Assembly (NCBI GenBank): GCA_017610335.1
Contig: JAFCCG010000023.1
Span: forward strand, 1-49,037
Reading direction: 5' to 3'
DNA length: 49,037 nt
Source: Chloroflexota bacterium
GTDB lineage: Archaea; Iainarchaeota; Iainarchaeia; Iainarchaeales; GCA-2688035
Shown: positions 9,233-17,935 of the stretch, piece by piece
Position numbering within the stretch: position 1 is the first letter of the stretch
Layout of the letters: every line of letters starts with the position of its first letter
The notes under the pieces: model-generated
The model's input: only the letters and a program-made list of their open reading frames with translations
The model's database searches: none
Told to the model about the DNA's origin: nothing
Position numbers and translations under genes: made by a program

Positions 9233-9556
9233 TTAGCCCCCAAGCATTGATTCAAGTTCCTGCATTGAAATGTCTTCCATTTGGTCAAGCTCTTGGCTTA
9301 AGGCATCAAAGGCTTCCTGTTCCGAATCATAAAATTCAGGACCAACAGCCAGTTCTCCTGATTTAGGTTCCTGAACGCCTGTTACAGCAGGGCATTCATA
9401 GAATTCACAGTTGTTTGCAGAATTTCTTGAAACAAATGTTCCATCAGGACATTCCTTGACATCGGCAACACAAACTGCTTTTTCTTCAAGGCAGCCAAGC
9501 AATGCCAGCATTAGAAATGAAGCTAACAGAAAAACCAAAATATTTTTTGTTTTCAT
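9233..9556 (-). CDS. small secreted or lipid-anchored cysteine-containing protein
   Basis: 107 aa. Signal peptide ending LALLGC (lipobox-like), a Cys-rich core (CVADVKECPDG...CEFYECP) and an acidic tail. Confidence 0.55.
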   Translation of the reverse strand: MKTKNILVFLLASFLMLALLGCLEEKAVCVADVKECPDGTFVSRNSANNCEFYECPAVTGVQEPKSGELAVGPEFYDSEQEAFDALSQELDQMEDISMQELESMLGG

Positions 9557-9572
9557 TCAAAACACCTCAATC

Positions 9573-10550
9573 CTAGTCCTCTGTTTCATCTGTTGAATCC
9601 ACGTCCCTAATATTCCTTCTTGCAACCCTAAGACCTGGCCTGTTTGCGTCTATTACAAGACTTGTTATGCTTTCGCCTTTTTCAGCCGTTACAGCCGCAA
9701 CTGCCACAGGATTTACCCCAATTATTCTCTTGCCTTCAACAATTCTTATTCTGCAATGTGCAAGGCTTGGCTTTTCTTCACACAAATCCTTTAAGTATTC
9801 CCTGCATCTTTCATCAGATGCATTTTTCAGACAGTACTGTTTTTTCAGTTGCAGGCAATTGACATCGCTGGTGTTTTTCTGGCAGTAGTTTTTGACTTTT
9901 TCACCGCAGAACGCCGTGTTTTCATCACAGGTTTTCACAATTTTTTTGCACTTTAAATCGCCGGGATTTTTCTTGCAATAATCGCCGATTTTTTCCGTAA
10001 CTTCCGCAAGCTTGAATTTTCTTGCCATTCCAAGAAAGTAAACATTGAAGGCTTTTCCATTCAAAACCATGTTTCCTGCCCAAATATCCTGACCTGGCTT
10101 TTCAAAGCGCTTTACTTCCAATTTGCCTATTGATTCAGAAGCCGCATTGGAAGTTGTTACAGGTCCAAATATTTCCGCAGAAATGGTGTCTGTTGAAACA
10201 GCAATGTTTTTGAGGTGGTATTTTTCCTTGTCAAGCATTAGAACGCCAACCCTTGTTATTGCATAATCTGAATCGACATTATCATCTTCTGTTGCCCTTA
10301 CTTTTACAGCTCCAATAACTGTCTTGGCATACATAAAGTCAAAGGCATCATCTTCGCTTATTGCTATTCCTGCACCTGTAAGGTGAAGCCTTGAAACTGC
10401 TTTGTTTACAAAATTTGTCTTTCCTTTTTCTTCTTCAATAAGGTTGTCGCCAACATCAGTGTCGTCTTCTGACACCTCAGTGTTAGTATCGGCAACAACA
10501 AACGCTGCTGCAAGAAGCAATGCAGCCAAAATAAGAATTAGTTTTTTCAT
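9573..10550 (-). CDS. secreted cysteine-rich repeat protein
   Basis: I start at Met163 of track ORF 9573..11036 (MKKLILILAALLLAAAFVVA, a signal peptide). A GGGGGT SD-like motif lies about 10 nt upstream. The C-terminal part carries three YCxKNxxDxxC repeats. Confidence 0.65.
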   Translation of the reverse strand: MKKLILILAALLLAAAFVVADTNTEVSEDDTDVGDNLIEEEKGKTNFVNKAVSRLHLTGAGIAISEDDAFDFMYAKTVIGAVKVRATEDDNVDSDYAITRVGVLMLDKEKYHLKNIAVSTDTISAEIFGPVTTSNAASESIGKLEVKRFEKPGQDIWAGNMVLNGKAFNVYFLGMARKFKLAEVTEKIGDYCKKNPGDLKCKKIVKTCDENTAFCGEKVKNYCQKNTSDVNCLQLKKQYCLKNASDERCREYLKDLCEEKPSLAHCRIRIVEGKRIIGVNPVAVAAVTAEKGESITSLVIDANRPGLRVARRNIRDVDSTDETED

Positions 10551-10598
10551 TGTATAAAACCCCCAATATAAGTTTACTGATATTAGCGATTCAAAGTA

Positions 10599-10606
10599 TT
10601 TAAATA
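10599..10606. promoter_or_regulatory. TTTAAATA archaeal TATA-box-like element at the left edge of the repeat array
   Basis: Matches the TTTAWATA consensus. Lies about 50 nt upstream of the minus-strand start at 10550. Each repeat unit repeats a TAAATA core. Confidence 0.35.
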
Positions 10607-10715
10607 ACAAGCTGAAACTAAATAACAAGCTGAAACTAAATAACAAGCTGAAACTAAATAACAAGCTGAAACTAAATAACAAGCTGAAACTAAATAACAA
10701 GCTGAAACTAAATAG
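10601..10715. repeat. perfect 18-bp tandem repeat, 6 full copies plus a 7-nt partial copy (unit TAAATAACAAGCTGAAAC)
   Basis: Read directly. Units at 10601, 10619, 10637, 10655, 10673 and 10691, then TAAATAG ending 1 nt before the ATG at 10716. No spacers and no mismatches. Confidence 0.95.
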
Positions 10716-11912
10716 ATGCAAATAGGCGTTGTAGGAAAACCCTCGTCCGGAAAAAGCACGTTTTTTTCTGCTGCTACAATGGTTGATGCAGCCATAGCAA
10801 ATTACCCCTTTACTACAATTGAGCCAAACAAGGGAACAGGCTTTGTTCGCGTTGAATGCGTTGACAGGGAATTTGGCGTACAATGCAATCCAAGGCATGG
10901 CTATTGCAAAAACGGAACAAGGTTTGTGCCTGTTGAGCTTATTGATGTTGCAGGCCTTGTGCCTGATGCGCATTTGGGCAAAGGAAAGGGAAACGCTTTT
11001 TTGAACGACCTTAGCCAGGCCAATGTATTGATTCATGTTGTTGACGCAAGCGGAAGTACTAATGAAAAAGGCGAGCCTGTTGCATCAGGCTCCCATGACC
11101 CCTGCAAGGATATTGAATTTTTGGAAAAAGAAATTGACCTTTGGTTTTTAGGAATTATTGAAAAACACTGGCAGAAACTCGGAAGGGTGCCTTTTGAAAG
11201 CAAGGCAAAACGTGTTACTGCAATGTCCCAGAGTTTAAGCGGAATTGGCGGAAGTGAAACAAATATTGAAGCCTCTTTGCTTAAAAGCAATTTGGGCGAA
11301 AAAAAGTTTGAACAATGGAATGCAGAAGACAAACTGTCGTTTGCAACTACTTTGAGGGAAATTTCAAAGCCCATTATTGTTGCCGCAAACAAAATGGATG
11401 TTTCCACTGCCGAAGCAAATTTTAAGAAAATGAACGAAAAGTTTCCAGGCAAAATAATTTTGCCATGCTCTGGCTTTGCAGAGCTTGCATTAAAAAAGGC
11501 AGCAAAACAGGGCTTTATTGAATATGAGCCAGGTGCAAATGATTTCAAAAAGTTAAAGGAATTGAATAAAAAACAGGAAGAAATACTTGAACTGATTAAA
11601 AAAAATGTTTTACAAAAGTATGGAAGTACAGGAGTTCAGGAAGTGCTTGACAAAACTGTATTTGATGCACTTGGTTACATTGCAATTTTTCCGGCAGGTT
11701 CCAAAAAGCTTGAGGATTCAGAGGGAAACATTTTGCCCGACTGTATTCTTATGCCAAAGGGCTCCACTGCATTGAATTTCGCATTCAAGCTGCATACCGA
11801 CATGGGAAAAGGATTTATCAGGGCAATTGATGTTAAAAAGAAGCAGATGGTTGGAAAAGAACACGAGCTTCAAAACAGGGATGCTGTTGAAATAATTTTC
11901 AAAAAACCGTGA
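10716..11912 (+). CDS. ychF: YchF/Obg-family GTPase with C-terminal TGS-like domain
   Basis: 398 aa. G1 GKPSSGKST, G3 DVAGLV and NKMD (G4). The C-terminal end ...ELQNRDAVEIIFKK is typical of a TGS fold. Confidence 0.8.
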   Translation: MQIGVVGKPSSGKSTFFSAATMVDAAIANYPFTTIEPNKGTGFVRVECVDREFGVQCNPRHGYCKNGTRFVPVELIDVAGLVPDAHLGKGKGNAFLNDLSQANVLIHVVDASGSTNEKGEPVASGSHDPCKDIEFLEKEIDLWFLGIIEKHWQKLGRVPFESKAKRVTAMSQSLSGIGGSETNIEASLLKSNLGEKKFEQWNAEDKLSFATTLREISKPIIVAANKMDVSTAEANFKKMNEKFPGKIILPCSGFAELALKKAAKQGFIEYEPGANDFKKLKELNKKQEEILELIKKNVLQKYGSTGVQEVLDKTVFDALGYIAIFPAGSKKLEDSEGNILPDCILMPKGSTALNFAFKLHTDMGKGFIRAIDVKKKQMVGKEHELQNRDAVEIIFKKP

Positions 11913-11969
11913 TTTGATATTATTCAAAAAAAACTTTGATTTGCTATTATTCACAAAAAAAAACGTGAA

Positions 11970-12254
11970 TTACTTGCTTTGCCTTATTGTTTCATCCGTT
12001 GGAATAAATGTTTCTGTAACGCTTGGAATTGCCTCTTCCTTTGTTTCAGAAGCAAGCTCTTTTTCGTCCCTAATAACTTTTTTCTTTACTTCTTCAAGCA
12101 AAACTTTTTTGTTGCCAAGCTTTGAAAGAACGTAATAGTATGTATTAATTGTTTCATCCAAAGTTAGCCTGCGCTTGTAGCCAACTCTTGCGATTTCCTT
12201 AAAGTAAATCTGCACAATTCTTGCAGAAACCTCTTCATTGCTCAATTCAGCCAT
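11970..12254 (-). CDS. hypothetical protein, paralog of the C-terminal domain of 12255..12728
   Basis: 94 aa. IVQIYFKEIARVGYKRRLTLDETINTYYYVL aligns with MLDVYFSEVARHGLKRKLSLDEVVNAYFYAL. Its start abuts the upstream stop with no gap. Confidence 0.55.
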   Translation of the reverse strand: MAELSNEEVSARIVQIYFKEIARVGYKRRLTLDETINTYYYVLSKLGNKKVLLEEVKKKVIRDEKELASETKEEAIPSVTETFIPTDETIRQSK

Positions 12255-12728
12255 TCAATTTTGCCTTCCAATCATTTTCTTTATTGCACCAAGCTCTATA
12301 TCCTTTCTTTGAACACGCATAAGCGCATAAAAGTAAGCATTTACAACCTCATCCAAAGAAAGCTTTCTTTTAAGGCCGTGCCTTGCAACCTCTGAAAAAT
12401 AAACATCAAGCATTTTCAAAGCAAGCTCTTCATCCCCAAACACAGCGGCAGAGCCTGAAACTGTTTTCTTTGAAATTGTTTCCTTTAAAACACTGGCACG
12501 CCTGACCTCTTCAAACCTTGCCCTTTTAACAGCGGCTTCAACAATCCCTGCAAGCCTTCCCTCAGGAAACCCCCGCCTGGCAACATGTCGCGGACTTGAA
12601 ACAAATCTTTTAACAGCCCTTTTCCTAACAGGCTTTCTCTTAACAGTCCTTTTCTTAACAGGCTTTCCTTTAATAACAGGCTTCCTTTTCACAGGCTTTT
12701 TTATGACAGACTTTTTCTTAACAGCCAT
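12255..12728 (-). CDS. hypothetical protein with Lys/Arg/Pro/Val-rich repeat N-terminus
   Basis: 157 aa. N-terminus KKSVIKKPVKRKPVIKGKPVKKRTVKRKPVRKRAVKR (KPV-basic repeats), followed by the conserved domain shared with the 94-aa neighbour. Confidence 0.6.
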   Translation of the reverse strand: MAVKKKSVIKKPVKRKPVIKGKPVKKRTVKRKPVRKRAVKRFVSSPRHVARRGFPEGRLAGIVEAAVKRARFEEVRRASVLKETISKKTVSGSAAVFGDEELALKMLDVYFSEVARHGLKRKLSLDEVVNAYFYALMRVQRKDIELGAIKKMIGRQN

Positions 12729-12851
12729 ATAAATTCACTTTTATCAATTAATCCGTTATATATACAGCCACTGTAAATGCTTTTTAATGTTTTCTTTTGG
12801 CTGGTTCTGGTAAGAAATCGGTTGGTACTTCAAGCCACTCCCAAAAAAAAG

Positions 12852-13982
12852 TCATTTCTTTTTGGCTTTTTCTTCCAGCCTTGCTTTTGGAAAAGCCAGG
12901 GAAACCATTCTTGTCCTTCCACGCGGAGGCTTTATTGCGGTTTCCGCTGTTATAAGCTGCTTTTTTTCCAACTCCGAAATCAGGGTTCTGAACCTTCTTT
13001 GGGTCAAAGGCTTTTTGCTTGCCTTGGAGTATGCTTCAAATAGGCTGCCTGAAGCAATTGCCTTGTTGGCAGGCACAATCTCCAAGATTTCACGTTCGGC
13101 AATGCCTAAATAGGAAATTGCCTTTTGCAGGGCCCTTGAATCAACCTCTGAAAAGATTTTGCGCAAATGCCTTACTTCAAGCTTTTCACTGTTTTCCTTT
13201 TCTGCTTCTCTTCCTGCACGAAAAAGGCATTCAATTGCAATCCTTGCATCGCCTCCAAGCTTTGCGGCGTGGGCTGCGGCAACATTTATCGCCTCTGGCC
13301 CAAGTGTATTTGAATGAAAAGCATATTGCGCCCTTTGGTTTAAAATTTCCTTAAGCTGTTGCGGAGAATATGGCTCAAAAGTAATAGACTGCTCTGACAA
13401 ACTGCTTTTTACCCGGTCATCAAGCAATGCAACAAAGTTGGAAAGGTTGCTTATGAAAATCAGGCCAAAACGTCCCTTGCCATATTCAACAACACGCAAA
13501 AGGTCGTAAAATAATTTGCTTGCTTCCTTGTCATGCAGCAATTGATCAGCTTCATCTAGAACAACCACAGGAATGAACGAAACATGTTTTAATGCTTCAA
13601 GCATTTTGGAAAATGCCTCATCGGTTGCAATGCCCCTCCTAGGAGTGGCATCTCCTAAAAAATTTGAAATTTGAGTAAGAATTGAATGCCTTGTATTAAG
13701 CTGAAAACAATTAATGTAAAGACCTTTTGCCCGATCGCTATATTGCTGTAGTTCGTTAAGAACAAATTTTACTGTGGCGGTTTTTCCGGTACCTGTTTTG
13801 CCGCATACAAAAACATTCTGTGGCTTTTTTCCCTTCAAAACAGGCTGTAATGAAAAAACAAGCCCGTCAACTTCAGGTTCCCTGAAAGGCATTCTTTCAG
13901 GCACAAATTCAGGATAAAGAAACCTTTCATCCTTAAAGATTTCATGAGCTTTGGTTTTTTTTGCAAAAATGTTTCCAGGCAT
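12852..13982 (-). CDS. cdc6: Orc1/Cdc6 replication initiator
   Basis: 376 aa. Walker A GKTGTGKT, Walker B VVVLDEAD, and a C-terminal winged-helix region. Confidence 0.9.
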   Translation of the reverse strand: MPGNIFAKKTKAHEIFKDERFLYPEFVPERMPFREPEVDGLVFSLQPVLKGKKPQNVFVCGKTGTGKTATVKFVLNELQQYSDRAKGLYINCFQLNTRHSILTQISNFLGDATPRRGIATDEAFSKMLEALKHVSFIPVVVLDEADQLLHDKEASKLFYDLLRVVEYGKGRFGLIFISNLSNFVALLDDRVKSSLSEQSITFEPYSPQQLKEILNQRAQYAFHSNTLGPEAINVAAAHAAKLGGDARIAIECLFRAGREAEKENSEKLEVRHLRKIFSEVDSRALQKAISYLGIAEREILEIVPANKAIASGSLFEAYSKASKKPLTQRRFRTLISELEKKQLITAETAIKPPRGRTRMVSLAFPKARLEEKAKKK

Positions 13983-14046
13983 TAAATCACAATAATAAAG
14001 TAATCAGCAAATTAATTAAAGGACTATTGACTTAAGATAAAGTGCT

Positions 14047-14877
14047 ATGGCAAAGCAAACGATGCTTTTTGGGACAGCAGGAATTCCAATTTCTTCAAAA
14101 AAAAGAGACAGTATAAACGGAATCAAAAGAGTAAAAGAATTGGGCCTTGGGGCAATGGAACTTGAATTTGTCCGCGGAGTAAATATGGGAAAGGAAACCG
14201 CAGAATTTGTAAAAAAAGCTGCGGAAAAGGAAGAAATAATGCTTAGCGTTCACGCACCATATTATATTAACCTTAATTCAAAAGAAAGTGCAAAAGTTGA
14301 AGCAAGCAAGAAAAGAATAATGGACTCTGCTTACATTGGTGAATTGTGCGGTGCAAAAATTGTAACATTCCATCCGGCATACTTTCAAAAAATGAATGAA
14401 AAAGAAGTGCTTGAAAAAGTTGCAAATGTTTTGAGTGAAATGACTAAAGAAATTGAAAAAAAGGAATGGGACATAAAGCTTGCTCCTGAAACAACAGGAA
14501 AGTCAAGCCAGGTTGGTTCCTTAAAGGAAACAATTGTATTGTGCAAAAAGGTAAAGGGATTGCTTCCAATGATTGACTGGTCACACTTGCATGCGCGCGA
14601 TAATGGAAGATTTAAAAGCGAAAAAGATTTTGAAAAAGCTATTGAAGAAATTCCTGAAAAATACAGGAAATTTTTGCACATGCATGCAAGCGGAATAAGG
14701 TTTGGTGAAAAAGGTGAAAGAAACCATTTGGAAATGGAAGATGAAAACAACAGCTTCAACTATAAATGGTTTTTGAATGCTCTTCACAAGAAAAATGTTT
14801 TAGGAAGAATAATCTGCGAAAGTCCAAACATTGAAGGCGATGCATTGCTGATGCAAAAATATTGGGAAACGCTTTAG
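14047..14877 (+). CDS. nfo: endonuclease IV-like TIM-barrel protein (AP endonuclease family 2)
   Basis: 276 aa. HAPYYINLNS resembles Nfo signature 1. Also GAKIVTFHP, LAPETTG, IDWSHLHA and LHMHASG at the expected metal-ligand positions. Confidence 0.65.
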   Translation: MAKQTMLFGTAGIPISSKKRDSINGIKRVKELGLGAMELEFVRGVNMGKETAEFVKKAAEKEEIMLSVHAPYYINLNSKESAKVEASKKRIMDSAYIGELCGAKIVTFHPAYFQKMNEKEVLEKVANVLSEMTKEIEKKEWDIKLAPETTGKSSQVGSLKETIVLCKKVKGLLPMIDWSHLHARDNGRFKSEKDFEKAIEEIPEKYRKFLHMHASGIRFGEKGERNHLEMEDENNSFNYKWFLNALHKKNVLGRIICESPNIEGDALLMQKYWETL

Positions 14878-14899
14878 AAAAAGCAAATGCAGGCATATA

Positions 14900-14907
14900 T
14901 TTAAATA
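14900..14907 (+). promoter_or_regulatory. TTTAAATA TATA-box-like element upstream of the second antitoxin gene
   Basis: Consensus-like TATA box 34-41 nt upstream of the ATG at 14941. Confidence 0.3.
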
Positions 14908-14940
14908 TGTGTTTTCACATAATTCTTTTGGTGATTGTTT

Positions 14941-15180
14941 ATGGGAAATATGACTTTGGCCATTCCGGATGAGTTGCAACAAAAAATGTCCAAACACAAG
15001 GAAATCAGGTGGAGCAATATTGCAAGGGAAACCTTTGAGGAAAGACTGCGTGAGTTGGAATTTATGGACAAAATCCTAAAAGACAGCAGGCTTTCAGAGG
15101 CAGACGCTGAGGAAATAGGACGCGGCATTAAAGCAGAAATCAGGAAGCGGTTTGAGAAAAGGTTTGGAACATGGAGCTAG
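14941..15180 (+). CDS. small antitoxin-like protein paired with a PIN gene
   Basis: ATG at the third codon of ORF 14935..15180: MGNMTLAIPDELQQKMSKHKEIRWSNIARETFEERL. 10-nt overlap with the downstream PIN ORF. Confidence 0.6.
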   Translation: MGNMTLAIPDELQQKMSKHKEIRWSNIARETFEERLRELEFMDKILKDSRLSEADAEEIGRGIKAEIRKRFEKRFGTWS

Positions 15181-15584
15181 TTGTGGACACAAACAGGATT
15201 ATTGCGGCACTCATAAAAGACGGTTTAAGCAGAAAAATCATAATAAGCGGAAAATTTCCACTGTACACAGTAGAATTTGGAGAAAAGGAAGTTAGAAAAT
15301 ACAAACCTCTAATAAAAAAGAAAACAGGAATAAACGAACAGCAATTCAATTTTTTCATGAAACACCTAATGCCAAAGATAGCGGTTTTATCAGAAAAAGA
15401 CATCTCAAAAAAATCAATCAAAAAGGCGCTCAAAATAATGGGAAAAATCGACCTTGATGATGTCCCATTCATAGCACTCTCAATAGAACTTGGAAACAAA
15501 ACCATTTGGTCAGACGACAAACACTTCAAGCAGCAAAACAAAATAAAGGTTTTAACAACAAAAGAACTCAAAAAGCAATTTTAA
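15171..15584 (+). CDS. PIN-domain protein (VapC-like toxin)
   Basis: 137 aa. MELVVDTNRIIAAL (first acidic motif), DDVPFIALS, and WSDDKHF near the C-terminus. Confidence 0.7.
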   Translation: MELVVDTNRIIAALIKDGLSRKIIISGKFPLYTVEFGEKEVRKYKPLIKKKTGINEQQFNFFMKHLMPKIAVLSEKDISKKSIKKALKIMGKIDLDDVPFIALSIELGNKTIWSDDKHFKQQNKIKVLTTKELKKQF

Positions 15585-15669
15585 TTCTTGTAGGAGTACA
15601 AGGTCCCGGCCAATAACCCCAAGAGGGTTTGAACTTTCTGTTACGGCTCAACTTTGGTTGAGTTTGCTT

Positions 15670-16590
15670 CTATCCCTTGCTTCCCATAAACAAACTTACT
15701 GCCAATCCTGTTACCAGCGCAACAAGTGCGTTTGTTGCAAAGTATTGCAGGGAAAACAGGGTTGAAAGCGGGACACTAAGCCATACATTGCTTAATACTA
15801 CAGAAAGCGTCCATCCGACTGCAAGAGCGACTATAAGATGCTTTAATCCTGTTAAGTAATTGTGGTAAGTGCTTTTTATGAAAAGAAGGGCTGCTACAAG
15901 AAACAATGAAAAGAATGCAATTCCAACTGTTGGATTTGGTGCGGAAATCGTTATCCCGCTTATTACCCCAAATTCTGCCACAACCATGTAACTCAAAACA
16001 GCAAGAAGGCTTCTGTCACTAAATGAGGAAAAAAGCTTTGAAGGAGAAAGCGCCTGCATTGAGAGCATTGAAGTTGGCTGAATTTGTGTTGCGGTTATTT
16101 CGGGTCTTGCTTCTTTAATGATTTTGCCTTCAAGCTCTGCTTCAAACTGATCTGAAACAAGCTTCTTTATCTCCGACTTAAGTTCAGCAACCTTTTGTTC
16201 CTTTGGTTTTTTCCACTCTGTTTTCAGAGAAAAAAGCGAGATTGAAAAAGCAATAATGGCAAAAACTATGCCAATTATTCCTGCAACAACAAGTGACAAA
16301 TCAGGTTCTGGCACAAAAATCTTATCCCAGAACGAAACAAAAAAAAGCAGGGTTGAAATCGCAATTACAACAAAAAGGAGAAAACGCTTTACAAGGTTTA
16401 TAAGCCATGCCGCAACCTCCATTAGCAAAATAATCAGCACAAAAAGAACTATTATACCAATCCCCAAAAGAGCAATTGTTGTTACGTCCCCTCCGAGGGC
16501 TTTTGAAATTATTTCATCCGCGGCAGGAATTACTGCTTCGTAAAAAAAACCGTTTAAATCAAACGACATATTATTTAAATCAAATTGCAT
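15670..16590 (-). CDS. integral membrane protein, hypothetical
   Basis: 306 aa. Two hydrophobic blocks of about 8 TM in total, separated by a charged coiled segment (KEQKVAELKSEIKKLVSDQFEAELEGK). Confidence 0.6.
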   Translation of the reverse strand: MQFDLNNMSFDLNGFFYEAVIPAADEIISKALGGDVTTIALLGIGIIVLFVLIILLMEVAAWLINLVKRFLLFVVIAISTLLFFVSFWDKIFVPEPDLSLVVAGIIGIVFAIIAFSISLFSLKTEWKKPKEQKVAELKSEIKKLVSDQFEAELEGKIIKEARPEITATQIQPTSMLSMQALSPSKLFSSFSDRSLLAVLSYMVVAEFGVISGITISAPNPTVGIAFFSLFLVAALLFIKSTYHNYLTGLKHLIVALAVGWTLSVVLSNVWLSVPLSTLFSLQYFATNALVALVTGLAVSLFMGSKG

Positions 16591-16670
16591 AAATTAAATA
16601 ACGATTTTAAGATATATAAATAATTGGGTTAGGCACAAACCTAAGCAAAATGACATTTTTTTAAAGAAGT

Positions 16671-17315
16671 TTGAACAATATAATAGTGACTAAAATGGAA
16701 GAAATAAAACTTTCCAGACCTGAATTCAAGGCACTTGCTTCTGAAACAAGGGCAGGAATAATAAAACTTCTAAGGGGTAGAAACCATACTCTTACAGAAA
16801 TGAGTAAAAAACTCAAGCTTGCGGCTCCAACAGTAAAACAACACCTTGGCATTCTTGAAAAAGCAGATCTTATAGAAGAACTTGACGAAGGCAGAAAATG
16901 GAAATATTATCGTCTTACAAGAAAAAGCAAAAACATCTTTTTACACGAGACTCCAATAAATGTATTTATTGTTTTAGGAGTTAGCATGATTGCCCTTGTT
17001 GGACTTCTTTATTCATTTATTTCAATGGTTGAAAATCAAGCAATGTCTTTTGCAGTAAAAGGCGGTCAAATGTTCATGGAACCAGGAGTACAAGGAATTG
17101 TTCCTGCCGCAGTAGAATCCTCCAGAACAATTGCAGATGAAATGGTCAGCACAAATATTGCAGGAGAAACAGTTGCCGGAGTTATTGCAAAGGAAACAAT
17201 TGCCGGAATTGTTACAGCAAATGCCCCCTTTTCATTTGAAATGATAATAATGCTTTTTGGAATTGTAGCAATCGCAGTTCTTGCAGGTTATCTTATTGCA
17301 AAAACAAAAAACTAA
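16671..17315 (+). CDS. membrane-anchored ArsR-type winged-helix transcription regulator
   Basis: 214 aa, TTG start (alternative ATG at 16695). wHTH: FKALASETRAGIIKLL..HTLTEMSKKLKLAAPTVKQHLGILEKADLIEE. TM segments at about 100-120 and at the C-terminus (IIMLFGIVAIAVLAGYLIA). Confidence 0.7.
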   Translation: MNNIIVTKMEEIKLSRPEFKALASETRAGIIKLLRGRNHTLTEMSKKLKLAAPTVKQHLGILEKADLIEELDEGRKWKYYRLTRKSKNIFLHETPINVFIVLGVSMIALVGLLYSFISMVENQAMSFAVKGGQMFMEPGVQGIVPAAVESSRTIADEMVSTNIAGETVAGVIAKETIAGIVTANAPFSFEMIIMLFGIVAIAVLAGYLIAKTKN

Positions 17316-17452
17316 TTCTGTACACAAAAAGATTTGGAAAAAATCATTGAGGAAACAATCAAAAAAGAACTCACAGGCGGCTAGATTTCGTTGAACAACG
17401 CAATTCACACTTTCTTTAAAGACGTTTCCTTAGTTGGCTTTTTTTGAGCTAA

Positions 17453-17935
17453 ATGAATGAAAAAGGCATTTTCTGCTTTGTGCTTTTGCTGGCGTTTTTT
17501 GCAATCCAGACAAGGTTTTTGGCAGAAACAACAGAAGCTTCAAACAAAATAGAAATGGCTGAAGAACTTGGCTTTGAAGCAGAAAAAGCAATAAAAGACA
17601 CATTGAACCAGGGGCTTTTGCTAAATCTGGGGCAAAATGAAACAAAAATTTTAGTGAATAGCAAGCTTGTTTTGCTTTTTGTCAAAATGGAAAACGCAAA
17701 CCTGGAAGGAATAGAAATTGAATTCAAACCAGAAAGTAAAAATTTACAATTCTTGAACGAAAATAGCGCTATTGCAGTGGAAGCAATTGACAAAAAAACA
17801 ATTATGGCAACATACTATTTTACAGGCGGGCTTTTGAAAAACAAAAAAGTTTATGCAGAAATAAAAGGCAAAAAAGCAATTCTTGGATTTGAAATTCCGG
17901 CAGGTTATTCAATAAAGGAAAGTGTTGTTGGATGA
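17453..17935 (+). CDS. pilin-like protein (class III signal peptide candidate)
   Basis: 160 aa. Short charged leader MNEKG followed by a hydrophobic helix IFCFVLLLAFFAI. First of four overlapping genes. Confidence 0.45.
   Translation: MNEKGIFCFVLLLAFFAIQTRFLAETTEASNKIEMAEELGFEAEKAIKDTLNQGLLLNLGQNETKILVNSKLVLLFVKMENANLEGIEIEFKPESKNLQFLNENSAIAVEAIDKKTIMATYYFTGGLLKNKKVYAEIKGKKAILGFEIPAGYSIKESVVG

Noticed and set aside
10601-10715. Possible CRISPR array
   Set aside because: The 18-bp units are directly contiguous with no spacers. The unit is too short and non-palindromic, and there are no cas genes in the window. It is a simple tandem repeat.
10551-11036. N-terminal 162 codons of track ORF 9573..11036, including the peptide run LLFSFS repeated six times
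   Set aside because: This stretch is the reverse-frame reading of the 18-bp tandem repeat and of the 5' end of the plus-strand GTPase gene. A proper signal peptide (MKKLILIL...) with an SD-like motif starts at 10550, so the extension is an ORF-calling artefact.
12729-12851. Possible replication origin or ORB elements next to orc1/cdc6
   Set aside because: The spacer is only 123 bp. The only repeat is the 7-mer AGCCACT, present twice in direct orientation, which is expected by chance. There is no AT-rich unwinding element flanked by inverted ORBs.
15585-15669. Relatively GC-richer 85-bp convergent spacer inspected for a tRNA or small RNA
   Set aside because: I could build no cloverleaf, T-loop (GTTCRA) or anticodon-arm geometry. 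There is only a 6-bp hairpin (CTCAAC-TTTG-GTTGAG, 15647-15662), which is too weak to call more than a possible terminator element.
17160-17220. Imperfect 27-bp duplication (GAAACAGTTGCCGGAGTTATTGCAAAG / GAAACAATTGCCGGAATTGTTACAGCA) inside the wHTH-TM regulator gene, and K/A/S low-complexity repeats at about 41560-41660 in the ATPase gene
   Set aside because: These are in-frame coding repeats giving ETVAGVIAK/ETIAGIVTA and AKSAE/AKSAT linkers. They are ordinary low-complexity or linker duplication with no independent signal.
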